Positions 9,860 to 19,106 of a DNA stretch of 64,000 nt are shown in pieces; position 1 is the stretch's first letter, and every line of letters starts with the position of its first letter. Under the pieces are notes generated by a model. The model was not told the origin of the DNA, searched no databases, and saw only the letters and a program-made list of their open reading frames with translations. The position numbers and the translations under genes were made by a program. The DNA lies in the NCBI RefSeq assembly GCF_053078305.1, contig NZ_CP166879.1; one strand, 5' to 3'.

Positions 9860-10374
9860 TGTTCTTTAAAACATCAAACCCTTCCGCGCTGGCCGCGTGG
9901 CAAAAATATCAGCAGGACTGCCAGAAAGTTAAGGATGAGGCAAAACGCCTTGAGGCCGTGCTGAATGTTGCGTGCCGGTCGGTATTTGTATCCGGTATCA
10001 GTGGCTTTTGTTTTAAAGGGCTGCGCTTTATGGATGACAAATATCCTTTTCATCGCGACTTATGGCGAAAACCGACTGCGTCGAATGGCTGGAGCTGCAC
10101 ACCGCGCACATCACGTATTCCCAAAGCCCTGCGCGTTGCCTCTGACGAACTTAACAGTCTGTGGCGTGAATATTCGCCCGTCACGTATGCCAGAACCGAT
10201 GCACTGTTGTTCTGGCTGGGTATTGATTTCTCGGCAATCATGTTTGGCCCTGTGAAGTGGTTCTGCGTTGACGATGTGATTTACCTTGAGTGCGGCGTAA
10301 AACCCGCAAATCAGAAAATGACCGAAATTCTGTCTGATGAGTTTTATGCTGCTGAAAAGCGAGTCAGGGGGTGA
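9859..10374 (+). CDS. hypothetical protein
   Basis: 171 aa ORF, start overlaps previous stop. Confidence 0.4.
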   Translation: MFFKTSNPSALAAWQKYQQDCQKVKDEAKRLEAVLNVACRSVFVSGISGFCFKGLRFMDDKYPFHRDLWRKPTASNGWSCTPRTSRIPKALRVASDELNSLWREYSPVTYARTDALLFWLGIDFSAIMFGPVKWFCVDDVIYLECGVKPANQKMTEILSDEFYAAEKRVRG

Positions 10375-10377
10375 TGT

Positions 10378-10929
10378 ATGATGATTTTACAACCCATGGG
10401 GCGAAAAGGTCAGGCACCTGCTCATGTCCGTGCGTGGACACCTGAAGAAGATGCGCTGCTGATTGCGCTTTATCCATCCACCCCGGTTAAGGATATTGCT
10501 GTCAGGGTAAAAAGAAGTTTCTGGGGTGTACATAACCGGATTGTTTTATTACGCGGTACTTACCCGGAGTTGCTCAAATGCAAACGTCCAAGATTTAAAC
10601 ATGATGAAGATAAATTTATCCGAAAAAATGCCAGAACGATGACCGGTAAGCAAATAGGAGAATATCTGGGGCGAGACCGGGATTCTGTCCACAATCGGGC
10701 GCGATATATTGGCGTAAGCATGAAAAAATACGGAGAATTGCTGCCCTTCACCCGTATACCTGACGATGATGTTCATCTTATTCGTGAATTACGGGATGCT
10801 GAATCACCACGACGTCTTACCTTCCGGGAAATAGGCGAGAAATTTGAATTATCCGAGAGTACGGTGAATTTTATTTATCACCATCGCCGGACTGCCGAGG
10901 ACGCTGTATTACGGGAGTTAACGCCATGA
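10378..10929 (+). CDS. hypothetical protein with three helix-turn-helix-like repeats
   Basis: 183 aa; three similar ~45 aa segments with an acidic turn then basic helix (PEEDALLIALY…, KHDEDKFIRKNA…, IPDDDVHLIREL…). Confidence 0.4.
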   Translation: MMILQPMGRKGQAPAHVRAWTPEEDALLIALYPSTPVKDIAVRVKRSFWGVHNRIVLLRGTYPELLKCKRPRFKHDEDKFIRKNARTMTGKQIGEYLGRDRDSVHNRARYIGVSMKKYGELLPFTRIPDDDVHLIRELRDAESPRRLTFREIGEKFELSESTVNFIYHHRRTAEDAVLRELTP

Positions 10930-11111
10930 TAAAGAGACTTGTATTTTTCGCAATTTTCGTTCCGGTGTTGGGGGTTGGTTTTATATTTGCGATTACAGGA
11001 AACCTGTCCATGATGCCAGATATTTGGTTCTTTATCAGGATGTCGCTCTTCCTGTTTATTATGAATCTTCTTATCGACATATATATCCGTATTACTGGAA
11101 AACATAAATGA
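10926..11111 (+). CDS. small hydrophobic membrane protein
   Basis: 61 aa, two hydrophobic stretches, AT-rich, start overlaps previous stop. Confidence 0.4.
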   Translation: MIKRLVFFAIFVPVLGVGFIFAITGNLSMMPDIWFFIRMSLFLFIMNLLIDIYIRITGKHK

Positions 11112-11482
11112 GAAAAATCACGTCCTTGTCAGAGTTACAGGAGATGAATATGAGTATTGAATTAAGATCGTCTTATGAGTATCGCAAATTTCTTATCGCC
11201 GGAGGCATGAAACCGGAAGATGTGGAAAAAATCGTTTCTTTTATGGATAAGGAATGTGACAAGCGGGATGTGTCAGAAATTATTATGGATGACATGATTC
11301 TGGATTCAGTCGTGGCGTTAAGTCCGTTATGGATTGTGCATTCTCTTGCGGAAATTGCCAAAGGCACCGATAAACAGGCAGCTGTTGCTGCCCTTCAGAC
11401 GCTTAATGAAATGCGTATATCTCCACGCCCGACATTAATACAGATGATTTTGTCCAGTATGGAGGATAAAGCAAATGAATAG
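11108..11482 (+). CDS. hypothetical protein
   Basis: 124 aa, ATGA overlap with previous gene. Confidence 0.4.
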   Translation: MRKITSLSELQEMNMSIELRSSYEYRKFLIAGGMKPEDVEKIVSFMDKECDKRDVSEIIMDDMILDSVVALSPLWIVHSLAEIAKGTDKQAAVAALQTLNEMRISPRPTLIQMILSSMEDKANE

Positions 11483-11672
11483 TCTACCCGCTGGATGGGC
11501 GCGCCCTCTGATGGCTAAGAAGCATCATTTTTTTAAAACTGGCGATAATATCAGTATATGTAGGCGGTGGTTATATCTGGCTCATAATCGCGAGCCGGAT
11601 ACATTTGAAAGCCCTGATGACTGTGCCGAATGTCGCAGAAGACTGAATAAGGAGAAAGATAATGGACAGTAG
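11475..11672 (+). CDS. hypothetical small Cys-containing protein
   Basis: 65 aa with C…C-x2-C spacing (possible zinc ribbon); overlaps neighbours. Confidence 0.35.
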   Translation: MNSLPAGWARPLMAKKHHFFKTGDNISICRRWLYLAHNREPDTFESPDDCAECRRRLNKEKDNGQ

Positions 11673-11958
11673 TTCGCAGTTGTTCTGGTGTTTATATATC
11701 ACATCGTTTTTCGGTGCATTCGTCATTACACGATGGCTGTGCCGGAAAGTTATCAGTATTTTTCATAAAAAATACCTGATTGGGCTGGCGGCGACTTCTC
11801 TGATTAATGCACTTGCCAGATATCATAAGGGGGAATACTACTCAAGAATAAAAACTGATGATGGTTTTAATATTTTTGTGATTCCTCCGGAGTATCGGGT
11901 TCAGCTCGATCGGGAAAGTAATATCTATCATATCAGCAGGAGTGTTGATACAGCATGA
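11662..11958 (+). CDS. hypothetical membrane-anchored protein
   Basis: 98 aa with N-terminal hydrophobic segment; overlaps neighbours. Confidence 0.4.
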   Translation: MDSSSQLFWCLYITSFFGAFVITRWLCRKVISIFHKKYLIGLAATSLINALARYHKGEYYSRIKTDDGFNIFVIPPEYRVQLDRESNIYHISRSVDTA

Positions 11959-12464
11959 GAGGGAAACTGATATCCGCTATTCATGTGGCAAAGCGCGAGC
12001 TTGCCCTGGATGATGAGACCTACACATTCGTACTACTGGCAGCCACCGGCAAAACCAGTTGCCGGGATATGTCACCGGATGAGTTATCCCGCGTGCTGGA
12101 TGTTTTCAAAAAACGCGGTTTTAAAGTGCGTCAGAAACCGGTTAACCGGGCCTTAAAACCGGGTACGGTGACCGCCAAAATTCGCGCCATCTGGAAAGTG
12201 ATGCACTGGCAGGGCTTTATCTCTGATGGTGCGGAAACCGCTCTTAACCGCTGGGTGAAATCGCAGACGGCCGCGCAGAACGGCGGCGAAGGTGTGGCAA
12301 ACTGGCAGTGGCTGGAGCAACACCCCGCCCTGGCCTCAGATGTGCTGGAGCGTCTCAAGCGATGGCACCGCCGCAAAATGCTGGCCGCGATGGGAATGCC
12401 CGAACGCACGCTGATGGGGTATGACGCCGTTTGCAGGCAGTATGAAAAATCACTTCCCCGTTAA
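11955..12464 (+). CDS. GemA-like (Mu gp16-like) protein
   Basis: 169 aa; N-terminus …LISAIHVAKRELALDDETY… resembles the Mu gp16/GemA family as I recall it; sits just upstream of the Mor/C activator. Confidence 0.55.
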   Translation: MRGKLISAIHVAKRELALDDETYTFVLLAATGKTSCRDMSPDELSRVLDVFKKRGFKVRQKPVNRALKPGTVTAKIRAIWKVMHWQGFISDGAETALNRWVKSQTAAQNGGEGVANWQWLEQHPALASDVLERLKRWHRRKMLAAMGMPERTLMGYDAVCRQYEKSLPR

Positions 12465-12533
12465 CCCCAAATCCCGCCACAACGCGGGATTTTTATTTTA
12501 AACTTACCGGGAACGCGAGAACCGGAGGCTGAT

Positions 12534-12959
12534 ATGGCAGAAACTCAGATGAGCATGTTTGGTGGTGACAGTGAGCAACTGCACGCCCTTATCGACCGCC
12601 TTGATGACATCCCTGATGATGTTCTCAAAAAGAACTGGCCGCGTACCCTGTCTGAACTGGTTGAAGTCACCGGCGCAGAACTTCAGCGTCAGGGGATTGA
12701 GCCGGTACTGGCCGGTAAACTGGCACGCAAGGTGGCTGCGGCTCAGGCCGCCTATATGGGCGGACGGGGTTATTACCTGCCGGTCGGGGAATCTCTCTTT
12801 GCCGAGCTGCGAAACAATGAGATATTTTCGCGCTGGGACCGGGGCGAGAAAATTGAATCCCTTCGCCGCCATTACCGGATGTCAGAAACCCAGATTTATA
12901 CCGTCATACGTGAACAGCGCCGTCTGCATCTGGCAAGAACACAACCGCCACTTTTCTGA
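12534..12959 (+). CDS. Mor/C-family transcriptional activator
   Basis: 141 aa with C-terminal HTH and pattern …GGRGYYLPVG…ETQIYTVIREQRR similar to recalled Mu Mor. Confidence 0.7.
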   Translation: MAETQMSMFGGDSEQLHALIDRLDDIPDDVLKKNWPRTLSELVEVTGAELQRQGIEPVLAGKLARKVAAAQAAYMGGRGYYLPVGESLFAELRNNEIFSRWDRGEKIESLRRHYRMSETQIYTVIREQRRLHLARTQPPLF

Positions 12960-13030
12960 TATTCCGCAAAGCCTGCCGCCTTTCCTTCACCGTTACGCTG
13001 ACTCAGAGAACATCATGAGACAGCGTAACA

Positions 13031-13531
13031 ATGCCAAAACTCCCCGCACCACTGCGTAAAAAGCTGATTGCCCTTGTTCTGGCCGGTGCCGGGACGTTCA
13101 CGATTGCCACGCATTACACCGGTTACTGGGAAGGGAAAGAAAACTCCACGTATATCGATCCCACCGGTACACCCACCATCTGTTACGGCCATACCGGCCC
13201 GGATGTGAAACCGGGTATGACCCTGACGGATGAAGAATGCCTGGAACTACTGGAAAAGGACATGAAATGGGCCTTTGCGGCCATTGATCGGCGTGTTCAG
13301 GTGCCGCTTACCCGTGGTCAGACGGTGGCGCTGGCTTCGTGGATCTTCTGGGCCGGTGAAACGAACTTTCGCAACTCCACGCTTCTGCGCCTGATCAATG
13401 CCGGGCAGATGCCCGCGTCCTGTAAGCAGTATATCCGCTGGATTTATTCAAAGGGGGTGAAGCTCCCCGGCCTTGAGGCCCGCCGTTCGGCGGATGAATG
13501 GTTATGTCGCTACGATTTGCCGAAAGTCTGA
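13031..13531 (+). CDS. SAR-type endolysin (phage lysozyme)
   Basis: 166 aa with N-terminal hydrophobic anchor and lysozyme motif GYWEG…TICYGHT. Confidence 0.8.
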   Translation: MPKLPAPLRKKLIALVLAGAGTFTIATHYTGYWEGKENSTYIDPTGTPTICYGHTGPDVKPGMTLTDEECLELLEKDMKWAFAAIDRRVQVPLTRGQTVALASWIFWAGETNFRNSTLLRLINAGQMPASCKQYIRWIYSKGVKLPGLEARRSADEWLCRYDLPKV

Positions 13532-13604
13532 ACCGCTTCTGGCGACCGATCATGATAGCGCTGCTGTGTGCGGTACTGCTGTTACGGGGTGTCCTGTGGC
13601 TGCG

Positions 13605-13994
13605 GTGAATAATGCCTTACCGGCCCTGATTGCCGGGGCGTGCATGGCGGCGCTGGGGATTATCGCTGTACTGGTTGCCGCGATATGGGGAATGCACCAG
13701 AAGACGCAGCGCCTTGAAGACAATAATCAGGTGCTTGTGCGTGAGCGGGATGAGGCGCGTCAGGTGCTGGCAAATCAGCAGCACACCCTGCAACTCATTT
13801 CACAAATCAGTGAGGCGGCCACGAATGAAAAACAACAGAACATTCAGCACAGCGAGGGGCAGCAGAGCGTTGTCCGCCGGTCGCTGGCAGCAGTGCCTGC
13901 GGCCTCTGCCCCTGTTCCTGATGATGTGGCTGATCGGGTGCGCCGGGCCGTCTGTGAAATACGTGCCTGTGAAGCCGGTGCCGATCCCCGCTGA
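13605..13994 (+). CDS. Rz-like i-spanin (putative)
   Basis: N-terminal TM segment then charged, Q-rich probable coiled coil; immediately downstream of the endolysin. Start uncertain (GTG 13605 or ATG 13644). Confidence 0.45.
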   Translation: MNNALPALIAGACMAALGIIAVLVAAIWGMHQKTQRLEDNNQVLVRERDEARQVLANQQHTLQLISQISEAATNEKQQNIQHSEGQQSVVRRSLAAVPAASAPVPDDVADRVRRAVCEIRACEAGADPR

Positions 13995-14196
13995 ATGGCT
14001 GGCTGACTGCCTGGTCCCTCCTGCGCCGGAGCCGTTCACGTTTGGGGCATCGGTCACTTACAACCTGCAACTGCTGGCGGTGATCAAGAACTGCAACGTG
14101 GACAAGGCCAGTATTCGTCGTCTGGAGGCGCGGCGACAACATGAATTTACTGATATGGCCGGAACGCCTGCTGTTCCGGCAGGAAAGACGAAGTAA
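13825..14196 (+). CDS. Rz1-like o-spanin lipoprotein (putative, overlapping)
   Basis: Alternate frame with lipobox-like LIGC and Pro-rich region overlapping the i-spanin 3' end. Confidence 0.4.
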   Translation: MKNNRTFSTARGSRALSAGRWQQCLRPLPLFLMMWLIGCAGPSVKYVPVKPVPIPAEWLADCLVPPAPEPFTFGASVTYNLQLLAVIKNCNVDKASIRRLEARRQHEFTDMAGTPAVPAGKTK

Positions 14197-14206
14197 GGAA
14201 AAAGGT

Positions 14207-14434
14207 ATGGATGATTCAGATCGTGCTCAGGCTGTGATGGAGCGGGGATCAGAACGCGCCCTTTGTAACCGGCTGACACGTAAGCGCCGGGCAGTGGATG
14301 CTCCGGGCAGACGTGTCTGCGCAGACTGTGGCGGAGAGATCCCCGCCGCACGTCTTGTTGCTGTGCCGGATGCCATCCGTTGTGTGAACTGCCAGAACAT
14401 CATGGAGGCCCGTCATGTGGGTCAGCATCGTTAA
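14207..14434 (+). CDS. TraR/DksA-family C4 zinc-finger protein
   Basis: CADCGGEIPAARL…AIRCVNCQ motif; start taken at the ATG at 14207 with a purine-rich SD. Confidence 0.6.
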   Translation: MDDSDRAQAVMERGSERALCNRLTRKRRAVDAPGRRVCADCGGEIPAARLVAVPDAIRCVNCQNIMEARHVGQHR

Positions 14435-14723
14435 AGATTATGTTGTGCCGATCCTTTCGGCGACGGCAACCGCTGGCGGGATATTCATGGCGCTGATGCG
14501 CAAAACGTTTGTCCCCCGCGAGGCCTTTGAAAAACTCTCCGACCGCGTTGAGAAGGTGGAAACCCGCCTGTCGTCACTGCCGACAGAAGCCGAGGTCAAC
14601 CGTCTGAATGTGGAAATCGTGACCCTGCGGGGTGAACTGAAAACCACGAACGCCACGCTCCGCTCTGTCTCCTATCAGAACGAACTGCTGCTGGAGCAGG
14701 CTGTAAGGAAAAAAACGCAATGA
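14415..14723 (+). CDS. hypothetical membrane protein
   Basis: 102 aa, N-terminal hydrophobic segment, coiled-coil-like C-terminus. Confidence 0.45.
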   Translation: MWVSIVKDYVVPILSATATAGGIFMALMRKTFVPREAFEKLSDRVEKVETRLSSLPTEAEVNRLNVEIVTLRGELKTTNATLRSVSYQNELLLEQAVRKKTQ

Positions 14724-15010
14724 GTGATTTCATTACTGAAGATCAGCGTCTGGTCATTCTGCGGTCGCTGGCAGATTACAACGGTGAACTGGGTGAATCC
14801 GTGCTCCAGGACTGTCTGGATGATTACGGCCACCGCGTGTCCCGCGACACCGTTCACACCCACATAGCCTGGCTTGCCGAGCAGGGACTGGTGCGCAAAC
14901 GCGTTCTGATTAACGGTTATTTCATCGCGGAACTGACCGGTCGTGGGCAGGATGTGGCGGAAGGCCGGGCCTGCGTTCCGGGTGTGAAGAAACCACGCGC
15001 AAGGGGGTAA
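14720..15010 (+). CDS. hypothetical protein (possible winged-helix)
   Basis: 96 aa ORF, start overlaps previous stop. Confidence 0.4.
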   Translation: MSDFITEDQRLVILRSLADYNGELGESVLQDCLDDYGHRVSRDTVHTHIAWLAEQGLVRKRVLINGYFIAELTGRGQDVAEGRACVPGVKKPRARG

Positions 15011-15012
15011 CG

Positions 15013-15594
15013 ATGGACAAGCCGACGCGTGGTCGTGTACGCAAGGTGGATTTGCTCCCCGACAGCATCCGTAAGCCGCTGCTGGAAATGCTGCGTGAAA
15101 AACGTCTGACGCAGGTCCAGATCCGCGAGGAAATCAACCGTCTGATCCGTGAGGCGGGCCTGCCGGAAGAGCAGCAGCTTTCACCGGCGGCCATCAGCCG
15201 GGAAGCCTCCCGTAATGAGCTGATTGCCCGTAACCTGCGTGATTTACGCGAGCAGACAAAAGCCATGATGGCCGAACTGGGGGACAAGCCAACCGGTGAA
15301 ACCACAGCGCTGATTCTGGAAATGTCCCGCGCCCTGATGTACCGCCGCCTGCGTGCCGCGACCGAATCTCTGAACAGCGACAGCGACGTGGATATGCGCC
15401 TCATCAAAGACATCCTCCTGTCAGCACAGCGTGCGGAAAGTGCCGCCGAGCGCAGCATTAAGCGTGAAAAAGAAATCCGGGCCGCATTTGCTGAAGAGAT
15501 GGCAAACGCGGTCACCGACGAGCTGCGCGGCGTGGATGGCATGAGCGAGCAGATAGAATTTCGTATCAGGCAGATGCTGCTGGGTAAAGCGTAG
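15013..15594 (+). CDS. putative terminase small subunit (Mu gp27-like)
   Basis: 193 aa basic/helical protein directly upstream of the large terminase. Confidence 0.6.
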   Translation: MDKPTRGRVRKVDLLPDSIRKPLLEMLREKRLTQVQIREEINRLIREAGLPEEQQLSPAAISREASRNELIARNLRDLREQTKAMMAELGDKPTGETTALILEMSRALMYRRLRAATESLNSDSDVDMRLIKDILLSAQRAESAAERSIKREKEIRAAFAEEMANAVTDELRGVDGMSEQIEFRIRQMLLGKA

Positions 15595-15604
15595 GAGGTG
15601 AATC

Positions 15605-15853
15605 ATGGCAACAGATAACCGCTCACTGATGATCTGTGCCCATCAGAAGGCATTCAGTCTTGCAACACAGTTACCTCCTGAAACCATAAAAGTGTGTCGT
15701 GAGTTGACTGAACTCTGCATTGCCGGGGAAATCTCCCTGAAACAACTGCATTCGCTGCTGGCAGAGGCTGTCACTGATGAATTGAGCAGCGTGGACGTGA
15801 TGACTGAAGAGCTTGAGTCCCGAATCAGGGGCATTCTGACAGGTAAAGCATGA
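15605..15853 (+). CDS. hypothetical protein, paralog of the small-terminase C-terminus
   Basis: 82 aa; C-terminus AVTDELSSVDVMTEELESRIRGILTGKA parallels AVTDELRGVDGMSEQIEFRIRQMLLGKA of the preceding gene. Confidence 0.4.
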   Translation: MATDNRSLMICAHQKAFSLATQLPPETIKVCRELTELCIAGEISLKQLHSLLAEAVTDELSSVDVMTEELESRIRGILTGKA

Positions 15854-17517
15854 TGAGCAAAGCCAAAGAAACGTCTCCTTCACTGATGCAAATGACGCCT
15901 CCCCGCAAAATTGATCTGGCCGGTGAAAAAGCCCTGCTGGGCGTGGATGTGCCGGACAGCCTTGATTTACCCGGTGATATGCCGGTGTTTCTGGATTATC
16001 AGGCCCGCTGGTTTGAGGATGAAAGTCAGGTCTGCATCGCGGAAAAATCCCGACGCACCGGGCTGACCTGGGCGGAAGCCGGGCGTAACGTCATTACCGC
16101 CGCAAAGCCTAAGCGTCGTGGTGGCCGTAATGTGTTTTATGTGGGGTCAAAGCAGGAGATGGCGCTGGAATATATTTCTGCCTGCGCCCTGTTCTCCCGT
16201 GCCTTTAACCAGCTGGCAGATGCTGATGTGTATGAGCAGACCTTCTGGGATCGGAATAAAAAAGAAGAAATTCTGACCTACATGATCCGCTTTCCGAACA
16301 GTGGATTCAAAATTCAGGCACTGTCTTCCCGTCCGTCAAACCTGCGCGGCCTTCAGGGGGATGTGGTGATTGATGAAGCCGCGTTCCACGAGTCACTGGA
16401 TGAGCTTCTCAAGGCGGCAATGGCGCTCACCATGTGGGGCGCGCGCGTGCGTATTATCTCCACGCATAACGGCGTCGATAATCTGTTTAATCAGTACATT
16501 CAGGAAGCCCGCGAGGGGCGCAAGGATTACAGCGTCCACCGCATAACCCTGGATGATGCCATTGCGGACGGGCTGTACCGTCGTATCTGTTATGTCACCG
16601 GCCGCGAATGGTCACCGGAAAGCGAGCAGAAGTGGCGTGATGATCTCTACAAAAACGCCCCGACCCGTGAGGATGCCGACGAGGAATACGGCTGTATCCC
16701 GAAAAAATCCGGCGGTGCCTATATTCCTCACGCGCTTATTGAAATGGCGATGCTCCGCGACATCCCGATTCTGACGTTTGAAGCCCCGGACGACTTCATC
16801 AGCCGTGCCGCATGGCTGCGTGAATCGGAGGTTTTAACCTGGTGTGAAGAACATTTAAAACCGCTTTTAGAGGCGTTAAATCCCCGTTCCCGCTTCAGCT
16901 TCGGGGAAGACTTTGCCCGCACCGGTGACCTCTCCTGCTTTGTGCTGCTGGAAATCACTGAATCCCTGGCAAAACGCGAGGTGTTTCGCGTGGAGCTGCG
17001 CAACCTGCCGTATGCCCAGCAGGAGCAGGTGATGATGTACATCCTGACCCGCGTTCCGGCGCTGGTCGGTGCGGCGTTCGACGCCACCGGTAACGGCGGC
17101 TATCTGGCCGAAGCCGCGCTGCTGGCCTTTGGCCCGGACATCATCGACTGCGTGATGTTATCGCCGAAGTGGTACGGCGAGTGGATGCCAAAACTGAAGG
17201 CCGAGTTTGAGGATCAGAATATCCTCGTCGCCCGCCATCAGACCACGCTTGATGATTTGCGCCATGTGAAGGTGGTGAACGGTATCCCGCAAATCGACAA
17301 GGGGCGTACGAAGGACCAGAACGCAACGGCTGTGAACGCCCGCCGCCATGGCGATTTTGCCGTGGCGCTCTGTATGGCAAACCGGGCGTCGTACATGGAG
17401 GGCTTCATCCTGGATGAATCAGCCTGTCAGGCGCTGCCGGAGCGGTCGCGGGCCATGGAGGGCGGTTATCGTGATGACGATGAGGCATATCATGAATTTG
17501 ATCGGGGGTGCTGGTAG
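15850..17517 (+). CDS. terminase large subunit
   Basis: 555 aa ORF at the Mu gp28 position. Confidence 0.8.
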   Translation: MMSKAKETSPSLMQMTPPRKIDLAGEKALLGVDVPDSLDLPGDMPVFLDYQARWFEDESQVCIAEKSRRTGLTWAEAGRNVITAAKPKRRGGRNVFYVGSKQEMALEYISACALFSRAFNQLADADVYEQTFWDRNKKEEILTYMIRFPNSGFKIQALSSRPSNLRGLQGDVVIDEAAFHESLDELLKAAMALTMWGARVRIISTHNGVDNLFNQYIQEAREGRKDYSVHRITLDDAIADGLYRRICYVTGREWSPESEQKWRDDLYKNAPTREDADEEYGCIPKKSGGAYIPHALIEMAMLRDIPILTFEAPDDFISRAAWLRESEVLTWCEEHLKPLLEALNPRSRFSFGEDFARTGDLSCFVLLEITESLAKREVFRVELRNLPYAQQEQVMMYILTRVPALVGAAFDATGNGGYLAEAALLAFGPDIIDCVMLSPKWYGEWMPKLKAEFEDQNILVARHQTTLDDLRHVKVVNGIPQIDKGRTKDQNATAVNARRHGDFAVALCMANRASYMEGFILDESACQALPERSRAMEGGYRDDDEAYHEFDRGCW

Positions 17518-19106
17518 TGGGACGTATAATTGATCTTGACGGAAAACCTTTCTCCTTTGACCCGGAGATGCAGAGTGCCGCGCTGGATATTCCGCAGATT
17601 GCCAGCCGTTATATTGAACATCCGGCCTCGGGTATCACCCCGAACCGGGCGGCGCAGTGCCTTCGCGGGGCTGAACGTGGCGATCTGATTGCCCAGTCCG
17701 ATCTGGCCGCTGACATTGAAGAAAAGGATACCCACCTTTTTGCAGAGCTGGGCAAGCGACGTCTTGCCATTCAGGGGGTGCCATGGAGTATTGAGCCGCC
17801 ACCGAACGCCAGCGCGAATGAGAAAAAGGACGCGGAAATGCTCGACGAATATCTGCATTCCGCCGACTGGTTTGATGCCATGCTGTTTGATGCCACCGAT
17901 GCCATCCTGAAGGGCTATTCCTGCATGGAGATTGAGCACGGGATGCTCGGTAAAATGCACATCATCCGCGCCATCCGCTGGCGTGACAGCGGGCATTTCT
18001 GCCTTAACCCGGATGATTTGAGCGAACTGCGGCTGCGTGACGGCAGCCATGCCGGGGTGGCGTTTCAGCCCTTTGGCTGGATAGTGCATCAGTCGCGTTC
18101 ACGCACTGGCTACGGTGGTGCGACGGGGCTTGTCAGAACGCTTATCTGGCCGTTCATTTTCAAAAACTATTCCGTGCGCGATCTGGCTGAATTTCTGGAG
18201 GTGTACGGCCTGCCGATGAAGGTCGGGAAATACCCGTCCGGGGCAACACCGGAGCAGAAAAGCGCCCTGATGCGGGCGGTGATGGATATCGGGCGACGTA
18301 CAGGCGGGATCATCCCTGCCGGGATGTCGCTGGAGTTTCAGGCAGCCGCGAACGGTCAGGCCGATCCGTTTGAAACCATGATTTCGTGGGGGGAGCGTTC
18401 CATCTCCAAAGCTATCCTCGGCGGCACGCTGACCACGGAAGCCGGAGACAAGGGCGCGCGTTCGCTGGGTGAAGTGCATAACGAGGTGCGCCGGGAAATC
18501 AGGGATTCTGATTTACGTCAGCTGGCCGCCACGCTGAACCGCGATCTGGTGTATCCGCTGTATGCCCTGAACACCGCCCACGCCATTGATATCCGTCGCC
18601 TGCCGCGTATCTGTTTCCAGACCAAAGAGCCGGGGGATATCACCAAAATCACCAGTGCGGTGATGCAGCTCAGTACGGGGATGGATATTCCAGATCCCTG
18701 GGTACGGGAGCAGACCGGTATTCCACAGCCAGCCCCCGGTGAAGCCATCTTCCGTGTCCGGCAGAGCAGTAATGAACCCGCGCAGATCAACAGGGAAACA
18801 CCGCCGGAAAAACAGGAAAAGACAGAGCAGACGGCGCTGTCAGCCCGAGTGCCGGAAGCGAAAAGCAGCCCCCGTGATGAACTGGACGACATGGGGGATG
18901 CGGTGCCTGCCCGCCGGTTACAGGAGGCCATCGACCCGCTACTGGAGCCGGTCATTGATGCCATCAGAACGCGGGGGCTGGCGGATGCGCTGGCAGACCT
19001 GCCTGCCCTTTACCGTGAAATGGATGATTCCCGCCTGATGACGCTGCTCAGTGATGCCATGTTTGCTGCGGAAATGAAGGGGATGCTGGATGGCTCAGGG
19101 GATTGA
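17508..19106 (+). CDS. portal protein (Mu gp29/H-like)
   Basis: 532 aa ORF following the large terminase. Confidence 0.8.
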   Translation: MLVVGRIIDLDGKPFSFDPEMQSAALDIPQIASRYIEHPASGITPNRAAQCLRGAERGDLIAQSDLAADIEEKDTHLFAELGKRRLAIQGVPWSIEPPPNASANEKKDAEMLDEYLHSADWFDAMLFDATDAILKGYSCMEIEHGMLGKMHIIRAIRWRDSGHFCLNPDDLSELRLRDGSHAGVAFQPFGWIVHQSRSRTGYGGATGLVRTLIWPFIFKNYSVRDLAEFLEVYGLPMKVGKYPSGATPEQKSALMRAVMDIGRRTGGIIPAGMSLEFQAAANGQADPFETMISWGERSISKAILGGTLTTEAGDKGARSLGEVHNEVRREIRDSDLRQLAATLNRDLVYPLYALNTAHAIDIRRLPRICFQTKEPGDITKITSAVMQLSTGMDIPDPWVREQTGIPQPAPGEAIFRVRQSSNEPAQINRETPPEKQEKTEQTALSARVPEAKSSPRDELDDMGDAVPARRLQEAIDPLLEPVIDAIRTRGLADALADLPALYREMDDSRLMTLLSDAMFAAEMKGMLDGSGD

